56,288 bases of DNA from a bacterium (GTDB lineage: Bacteria > SZUA-182 > DTGQ01). Location: the NCBI GenBank assembly GCA_040752695.1, contig JBFMGO010000028.1:1-56288 (forward strand), read 5' to 3'. A model generated the notes under the pieces. That model was given only the letters and a program-made list of their open reading frames with translations, did not search any database and was not told the origin of the DNA. A program made the position numbers and the translations under genes. Positions 50,064 through 56,288 of this stretch are shown piece after piece. The first letter of the stretch is position 1; each line of letters begins with the position of its first letter.

Positions 50064-50209
50064 CCGGTCAGTGCGGCGGGGAGACAGTCCCCTTTGAATG
50101 GAATAAAGTTCTATTTTTGCAGTATAGTTTCGGTCTGATTTCTGTGATAAGGGTTTATTATATGTTATAATATAAGACTGCAAAAGTATGGAAGAGAGGT
50201 ACGAGACGG

Positions 50210-51601
50210 ATGAAGAAGAAGGCGAGAGTACTGGTTGTTGATGATGAAGAATATACCCGGGGATTTTTTCAGAGGCTGCTTGGTGAAGAAGGGTATGATA
50301 TAGCCACCGCTGCTGATGGAGAAGAGGCCTTAGGGCTCTTTACCCAGAAGATATTTGATCTGGTCCTTCTCGACCTGAAAATTCCCGGCAGTATGGATGG
50401 GATGCAAATTCTCCAAAGAATCAAGAAGATTCAGCCGGGTACGGTAGTTATCATGATCAGCGGCCATGGAACCTTAGAGGTTGCAGTCCAGGCAGTGAAA
50501 ATGGGTGCTGAAAATTTTATCTCCAAGCCTTTCAACAGTATCGAAGAAGTCCTTATGCATATCGAGAAGGCGCTGGAATACCAGAAAATCCTCAGAGAGA
50601 ATGCTCTCTTGCATAAGCAACTCGCCCTCCAGATCGAAAACCGCAACATGATCGGCAACTCTTCCAGGATGCAGGAAGTCTTTGAGCGTATCCGGAAAGT
50701 GGCTCCCTTAGAGACCAATATCCTCCTGATGGGAGAGAGCGGAACAGGTAAGGAACTGGCTGCCCAGGCACTCCACAAGAACAGCCGCCGCCACAACAAA
50801 ATATTTATGACCGTCAATTGCGGTGCGCTTCCTGAGCATCTTCTGGAATCCACCCTCTTTGGCTTTGAAGGAGAAACATTTACCGGTGCCAGAAAGGGAG
50901 GCGCCAAAGGGTATTTCGAAGAAGCGGACGGGGGAACTATTTTCCTGGATGAAATCGGAGAGGCGTCTCTTCCCTTACAGGTAAAATTACTCAGGGCTCT
51001 CCAGGAAGGTGAATTTAAACGGGTGGGAGGAACGGAAACACTGTATTCCGATGTGCGGATTATCAGTGCTACGAACAGAGATCTTACCAGGGCTGTGCAG
51101 GATGGGAAATTCAGGGAGGATCTTTACTATCGAATTAATGTTATCAATATCAAACTGCCTCCCTTAAGGGAGAGAAAAGAGGATATCCCCCTTCTGGCTC
51201 ATTTCTTTCTCAAAAAGTTCGTTGAGAAGGAAAAGAAAAGCGTGACCAGCATCTCCGCTGATGCAATGAGGTTGATGACGGGTTATCACTGGCCCGGAAA
51301 TGTGCGCCAACTGGAGAATGTGATCAAAGGAAGTGCTGCTCTGTGTGAGGGAGATACCATCGATGTCTTCGCTCTCCCTGAGGAAATCCGCACTATACAT
51401 CCTCCTGTGACCGAAGATAACAAAGTTGCGCCTGTCTTACTGCCGTTTAAGGAGGCCAAAGAGTATTTTGAGAGACGCTATATCGAGGATCTCCTGAAAG
51501 CCAGTCATAACGATGTTGCAGCCGCAGCCAGGACATCCGGGATCGATGTCTCGACTATCTATCGGAAAATCAATAGATACCATATTAAAATCACTGAATG
51601 A
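50210..51601 (+). CDS. NtrC-family sigma54 response regulator (REC-AAA+-HTH)
   Basis: GESGTGKE, FLDEIGE, FREDLYYR, WPGNVRQL; the GAFTGA loop reads ETFTGA. Confidence 0.93.
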   Translation: MKKKARVLVVDDEEYTRGFFQRLLGEEGYDIATAADGEEALGLFTQKIFDLVLLDLKIPGSMDGMQILQRIKKIQPGTVVIMISGHGTLEVAVQAVKMGAENFISKPFNSIEEVLMHIEKALEYQKILRENALLHKQLALQIENRNMIGNSSRMQEVFERIRKVAPLETNILLMGESGTGKELAAQALHKNSRRHNKIFMTVNCGALPEHLLESTLFGFEGETFTGARKGGAKGYFEEADGGTIFLDEIGEASLPLQVKLLRALQEGEFKRVGGTETLYSDVRIISATNRDLTRAVQDGKFREDLYYRINVINIKLPPLRERKEDIPLLAHFFLKKFVEKEKKSVTSISADAMRLMTGYHWPGNVRQLENVIKGSAALCEGDTIDVFALPEEIRTIHPPVTEDNKVAPVLLPFKEAKEYFERRYIEDLLKASHNDVAAAARTSGIDVSTIYRKINRYHIKITE

Positions 51602-51885
51602 TATTCAAAAAATCAGGATGTAAGAGGGGGATCGGATGATCAGTGGCTGGCAGGCGATCAGCGGGCGTTTACGGACCAGCCGATGACGGGTGTCCTGGCT
51701 ACATCCGGTACCAGCACGTCATCCAGTCCATCGGTTCCAGCCCCCGGCATCTATCTGCCAGCAGGCAGCATCCATCTGTCAGCAGGCAGCGTTGAGGGAC
51801 CGGCGTAAGGGGTTCCGGAAAAGAGACCGAAGAAGTATTCGTATCGTGGAGATTGAACCGGGAGAGATAAAAGAGGGGGGTATCA

Positions 51886-52902
51886 ATGGAAGAGGCAAGA
51901 TTTTATGAGAAAAGACCGGCGCAGAAGGTTCAATGTTACCTTTGCAGCCACCGATGCCTGATCCTGCCGGATAAGCTTGGGATTTGCGGAGTGAGAAGAA
52001 ACATTGATGGTACGCTGTACAGCCTGGTCTATGGAAAGGCAATCGCCGATCAGGTAGATCCAATTGAAAAAAAACCATTTTTCCATTTTTATCCCGCCAG
52101 TCAGAGCTTTTCCATAGCTACGGTCGGATGCAATTTCCGCTGCCTGAATTGCCAGAATTTTTCAATTTCACAGATCATCAACAATGGGGGCCGGATTATC
52201 GGCAAGGGCCTTTCTCCGGAACAGATTGTCGAGTCGGCAGCTTACAACCGGTGTGAAAGCATCGCTTATACCTATACAGAGCCGACCATCTTTCTTGAGT
52301 ATGTACTGGACACCGCTCGACTGGCCAAATCTAAGGGGATCAAGAATGTACTGGTGACCAATGGCTACATAACTCCGGAAGCACTGAAGGCATCTCATTC
52401 CTTTATCGACGCAGCCAATATCGATCTGAAAGGCTTCCATGACCGGCGTTACCAGAGGATGTGCGGGGCAAAGCTTCAGCCGGTGCTGGATTCCATCCGG
52501 TTGTATCATGAACTGGGGATCTGGACCGAAGTCACCACGCTGATTATTCCCAATCATAACGATTCTCCCGAGGAACTGGAACAGATAGCCCGCTTTCTCG
52601 TGGGGATTGATCCTGCCATCCCCTGGCACGTAACCCAGTTTTGCCCGACTTATAAACTGATCGATGAATCAAGAACGCCAAAGGAGACCCTCCAAAGGGC
52701 CAGAGATATCGGCCTGAATGCAGGCTTGCGTTATGTCTACACCGGGAATATACCCGGCGATGCGGGAGAAAATACGTACTGTTATCAATGTAAAAATGTG
52801 ATCATCAAAAGAAGAGGCTTTTTCGTGGAGGCCAATACGATTCAAGAAGGCAGCCTGTGCCCGTCCTGCGGAGCTAAAATCGATGGAGTCGGCCTTTCGT
52901 GA
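51886..52902 (+). CDS. amrS: AmmeMemoRadiSam system radical SAM enzyme
   Basis: C.LC.HRC, DPIEKKP..HF.P, CNFRCLNC (CxxxCxxC), AYTYTEP, YVYTGN. Confidence 0.93.
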   Translation: MEEARFYEKRPAQKVQCYLCSHRCLILPDKLGICGVRRNIDGTLYSLVYGKAIADQVDPIEKKPFFHFYPASQSFSIATVGCNFRCLNCQNFSISQIINNGGRIIGKGLSPEQIVESAAYNRCESIAYTYTEPTIFLEYVLDTARLAKSKGIKNVLVTNGYITPEALKASHSFIDAANIDLKGFHDRRYQRMCGAKLQPVLDSIRLYHELGIWTEVTTLIIPNHNDSPEELEQIARFLVGIDPAIPWHVTQFCPTYKLIDESRTPKETLQRARDIGLNAGLRYVYTGNIPGDAGENTYCYQCKNVIIKRRGFFVEANTIQEGSLCPSCGAKIDGVGLS

Positions 52903-53336
52903 GCGCATACCGGGAATACGAATACATCGAACATACCGCAGACATTGGAGTGAAAGTCTTTGGCCCCACGATGAAGGATCTTTTCGAAAACGCAGGCAAA
53001 GCCTTCTTTGATATTCTCACTGAGCCGGAAAGTATTCGACCCTCTTTGAAGAAGCAGGTTATTGTGGAAAACCAGGGACAGAGCCGGGAATGGGATCGCC
53101 TGCTCGTAGCCTGGTTAAGTGAGTTCCTCTACCTGTTCGAGGTGGAGCAGTGGTTGTTCCGGGAATGCGAAATTCAATCCTTGCAGGAAAACCGGCTGGA
53201 GGCAGTTTGCCGGGGAGAGCACTACGATCCCGACCGCCACGAAATCAAGACCGGAATCAAGGCGGTGACCTACCACCAGTTGAGTGTACAGAGAGTAAAT
53301 GACCTGTGGGAAGCGACCATTATTTTTGATATATGA
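52899..53336 (+). CDS. Archease
   Basis: EHTADIG, IKAVTYH, IIFDI; GTGA overlap with amrS. Confidence 0.95.
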   Translation: MSAYREYEYIEHTADIGVKVFGPTMKDLFENAGKAFFDILTEPESIRPSLKKQVIVENQGQSREWDRLLVAWLSEFLYLFEVEQWLFRECEIQSLQENRLEAVCRGEHYDPDRHEIKTGIKAVTYHQLSVQRVNDLWEATIIFDI

Positions 53337-53454
53337 TGGGATACTGTTATGACCCTATTAGGGTCATAAATGACAGAGCGCTCTTATGGTCTATGTATGA
53401 TATAATAGGTGTAGTACGGATATGTTCCATGGTGATGTAACGAGGAAAAAAACC

Positions 53455-54918
53455 ATGCCGGAAGTAGAGAAAATAAAAGTGCAGAAAATCGACGATTACC
53501 GATGGCGGATTCCCCGCGAGGGGAAAATGAAAACGGATGGCATTATCTATGCCGATCAAAAAATGCTGGAGGATATCCAAAAGGACATGAGCCTTGTGCA
53601 GGTTGCAAACGTAGCCTGCCTGCCTGGAATCGTCGGCCACTCCCTGGCCATGCCTGATATCCACTGGGGCTATGGGTTCCCTATCGGCGGAGTTGCGGCT
53701 TTCGATCCTGCCGAGGGAGTCGTTTCCCCCGGCGGAGTGGGCTACGATATCAACTGCGGGGTCAGGCTGATGCGGTCCAACCTGAGAAAGGACGAAATCC
53801 AGGCTGATGTGCGAAACCTCATCGAGGCCATTTACCGCAACATCCCCTCAGGTGTAGGCTCACGGAGAAAAGACCTGAAACTGGGGCCGTCGGACGAGCG
53901 TGAGGTCCTTATCAAAGGGGCCGCCTGGGCCATTGGCCAGGGATTCGGAGTACCCGAAGACCTTGAGCATATCGAGGATCACGGCTGCATTGCAGGTGCC
54001 AACCCCGACCTGCTCTCCAAAAAGGCCCTGGACCGGGGGAGACCGGAAATAGGGACCGTAGGATCGGGGAACCACTTTGTGGAAATCTCGTACGTGACTG
54101 AAATCTTCGATGAAGAGGCGGCCAGCGTCATGAGACTGGATCCGGGCACGGTCACGGTTATGATTCACTCCGGTTCGCGAGGGCTCGGCCATCAAGTCTG
54201 TGAGGACAACCTGAATATCATGCTGGATGCATCGAGAAAGTACGGAATCGAGCTTCCTGACCGACAACTGGCCTGTGCGCCCGTCAGGTCGCAGGAGGGG
54301 CAAAATTATCTTGCAGCCATGGCTTGTGCAGCCAATTTTGCCTTCACCAACCGGCAACTGATGACCCACTGGGTTAGGCAGAGCTTTCAGCAGGTACTCG
54401 ACCGCTCCAAAGAAGACATCGGGCTGGGCCTCATTTACGATGTCTGCCACAATATCGCCAAAATCGAGGAATTCGATGACCAAAAAGCACAGGGCCGAAA
54501 GCGCAAACTCTGCGTCCACCGAAAAGGTGCAACCCGCGCTTTTCCTGCCCATCACCCCCTCGTGCCCCGCGATTACCAGAGCATCGGGCAGCCCGTCCTG
54601 ATTCCCGGCGATATGGGCAGATACTCCTTTGTCCTTTTGGGTACCGAAAAAGCCATGACCGATACCTTCGGCAGCACCTGCCATGGAGCAGGCAGGCTCA
54701 TGAGCCGCCACCAGGCCATGAAGGTGGCCAAGGGCCGGGCCATTATCCGTGAAATGGAAGACCGGGGCATCCTGGTCCGGTCCCCCGGCAAGCGCACTGT
54801 GGTGGAAGAGATCTCCGAAGCCTACAAGGATGTGGCGGATGTGATCAGGGTGGCACATGGGGCAGGAATCAGCCGCAAAGTCGCCAAACTGGTCCCTCTG
54901 GCTGTGCTCAAGGGATGA
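53455..54918 (+). CDS. rtcB: RNA-splicing/repair ligase RtcB
   Basis: MPDIHWGYGFPIGG, GYDINCG, GSGNHF, HSGSRG, HNIA, HRKGAT, HGAGR. Confidence 0.97.
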   Translation: MPEVEKIKVQKIDDYRWRIPREGKMKTDGIIYADQKMLEDIQKDMSLVQVANVACLPGIVGHSLAMPDIHWGYGFPIGGVAAFDPAEGVVSPGGVGYDINCGVRLMRSNLRKDEIQADVRNLIEAIYRNIPSGVGSRRKDLKLGPSDEREVLIKGAAWAIGQGFGVPEDLEHIEDHGCIAGANPDLLSKKALDRGRPEIGTVGSGNHFVEISYVTEIFDEEAASVMRLDPGTVTVMIHSGSRGLGHQVCEDNLNIMLDASRKYGIELPDRQLACAPVRSQEGQNYLAAMACAANFAFTNRQLMTHWVRQSFQQVLDRSKEDIGLGLIYDVCHNIAKIEEFDDQKAQGRKRKLCVHRKGATRAFPAHHPLVPRDYQSIGQPVLIPGDMGRYSFVLLGTEKAMTDTFGSTCHGAGRLMSRHQAMKVAKGRAIIREMEDRGILVRSPGKRTVVEEISEAYKDVADVIRVAHGAGISRKVAKLVPLAVLKG

Positions 54919-55801
54919 GGAAGAAGTATCACGGCATGATGGCCGAAGTATCACGGCATGATGGCCAAAGATATGGGTAATCCGGATGGGGAAGTGATTT
55001 TTGATGAATCTGGATTTGTCAAAAAAGTCGAAGATTCTGCAGGAATTGCCAGACAATAGTGCTATATTACCATTGCAAGCCTCTGATGACCAGACTGCTG
55101 ATGAGCTGGTACGATGGATTCAATTGAAGAACGAGAGGGCCTATATTTCGCACAAGAAAAGGAAAATGCATGCCTTATAAAATGGTTCATAGCGAAATCA
55201 GCGTTACAGGATTAACATCAAATAATATTATGATTCACATAATATCAGCACTGATAAGGACATAAAGTACCCTGTCCTCTTCAACCAAGATGCGAAATGT
55301 GGCTCTTACCATTCTTATCTCGATTTTGGCCATACCACAAGTCTCCTCCCTGCCAAATTACCGCCCAATACCGCTAAAAACCTTATCTTTTTCGGGCATC
55401 GTGCCCTGCCTGATACCTGATTAAACAAAAGGTAGAAAATGTGTAGTAAATTACTACAATGAGCCTGCTGTAAAGTCAACGAAATCATTGTGATAACTTC
55501 GATAAGAGAAAAGGCAAGACAGTGTTGCCAAAAACTACGGCCCACTGCCGACAATCAAAGGAGATTCACCGGAAAGATACAGAAGAGACAGGTATCGTTG
55601 CTTATAACCATTACCTGAATGTGCAGGTTAGGTTTCAGTATTTTGTTAGAAAAATTCCACGTCCATTTTGTGGTGAAGGGGTGCTGTAGGAAAAGGCTAC
55701 AGAAAAATGAAAAAATCCAGGCCGAACCGCAGACGGTATCTGAAAGAATGAAAAAATGTTCTCCCCTGCTCTATTACTAACCCACCACATATAATCACTA
55801 G

Positions 55802-55918
55802 GAGGCTGTCCGAGAACAGGGATTTTTCAACCTTAGCTACAACATGCGGTATCCAAACATGGTCTTGAACACCATATATTGTATATAAAAAATCAAAACT
55901 TCATTCTCGGACAGGCTC
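55802..55918. mobile_element. 117-bp MITE with 15-bp TIRs flanked by CTAG direct repeats (IS5-like ends)
   Basis: CTAG-GAGGCTGTCCGAGAA ... TTCTCGGACAGGCTC-CTAG, one mismatch. Confidence 0.75.
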
Positions 55919-56049
55919 CTAGTAGTGTCCCTGTCCCATCCACTTGCTTACTTTTACTCTCAGGATTACTGGGAATGGTAGAGATTAAGAGAAAGTTCGG
56001 TTGGAATTAAGAGAAAGTTTACTTAAACATAACTATCATTCCTAAATTC

Positions 56050-56084
56050 AAAAGACAGGGCCAGTAATGGCTCTGTCTTTTTTT
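56050..56084 (+). terminator. Rho-independent terminator, possibly bidirectional
   Basis: AAAAGACAGGGCCA-GTAA-TGGCTCTGTCTTTTTTT. Confidence 0.75.
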
Positions 56085-56288
56085 ATTCCTAACAAATGCA
56101 ATTATTATAATATAAATATATTAAATTTTTATCATTGGATAAAAACGCAGCAGGTACATCTATTTTTTGTTCGCGATGTGCAGGCTGACTCCACAGCACT
56201 TGGTGCGCAGGCAGGCTCTTCAGGCACTTATCGTCCGGCCATAATCTTGTACCTTTTCCCCCTTAAGCTCCTTCCTCACACCGCCAGC

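Noticed and set aside
55083..55135. Hammerhead ribozyme suggested by CTGATGA x2
   Set aside because: No matching GAAA core or stems
56220..56288. 3' end of a minus-strand gene at the window edge
   Set aside because: Only about 22 codons visible; not assignable

Overview
Chromosomal window from a diderm, LPS-producing, flagellated bacterium. The gene style resembles Desulfobacterota or an uncultured lineage, but taxonomy cannot be fixed from the sequence alone. The left edge is the end of an integrative element (excisionase-like HTH plus tyrosine integrase) abutting the 3' end of tRNA-Leu(CAG). Next come a liv ABC operon interrupted by a secreted Gly/Tyr-rich gene and an intact Phd/RelE toxin-antitoxin pair, decayed TA toxins (HepT, hicA), a GAF-PilB/GspE ATPase, and panC-panD. 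These are followed by csp, PilZ and HD-GYP genes, a flagellin-fliS-Maf glycosylation locus, and a GH57-like gene. The right half holds a sulfatase-TPR gene, a lipid A/inner-core operon (waaA-lpxK-lpxL-waaF-gmhB-rfaE1-rfaE2-waaC-epimerase-Trm112), two-component genes, and an amrS-archease-rtcB cluster. Most notable: (i) pervasive short degenerate tandem duplications between and inside genes, frame-preserving when coding; (ii) four otherwise unrelated secreted proteins sharing a Tyr/Pro/Gly/Ser-rich, charge-poor mature region; (iii) a MITE carrying a tandem NrdR-box-like pair; (iv) a candidate structured ncRNA. All assignments come from manual motif recognition; no database search was run.
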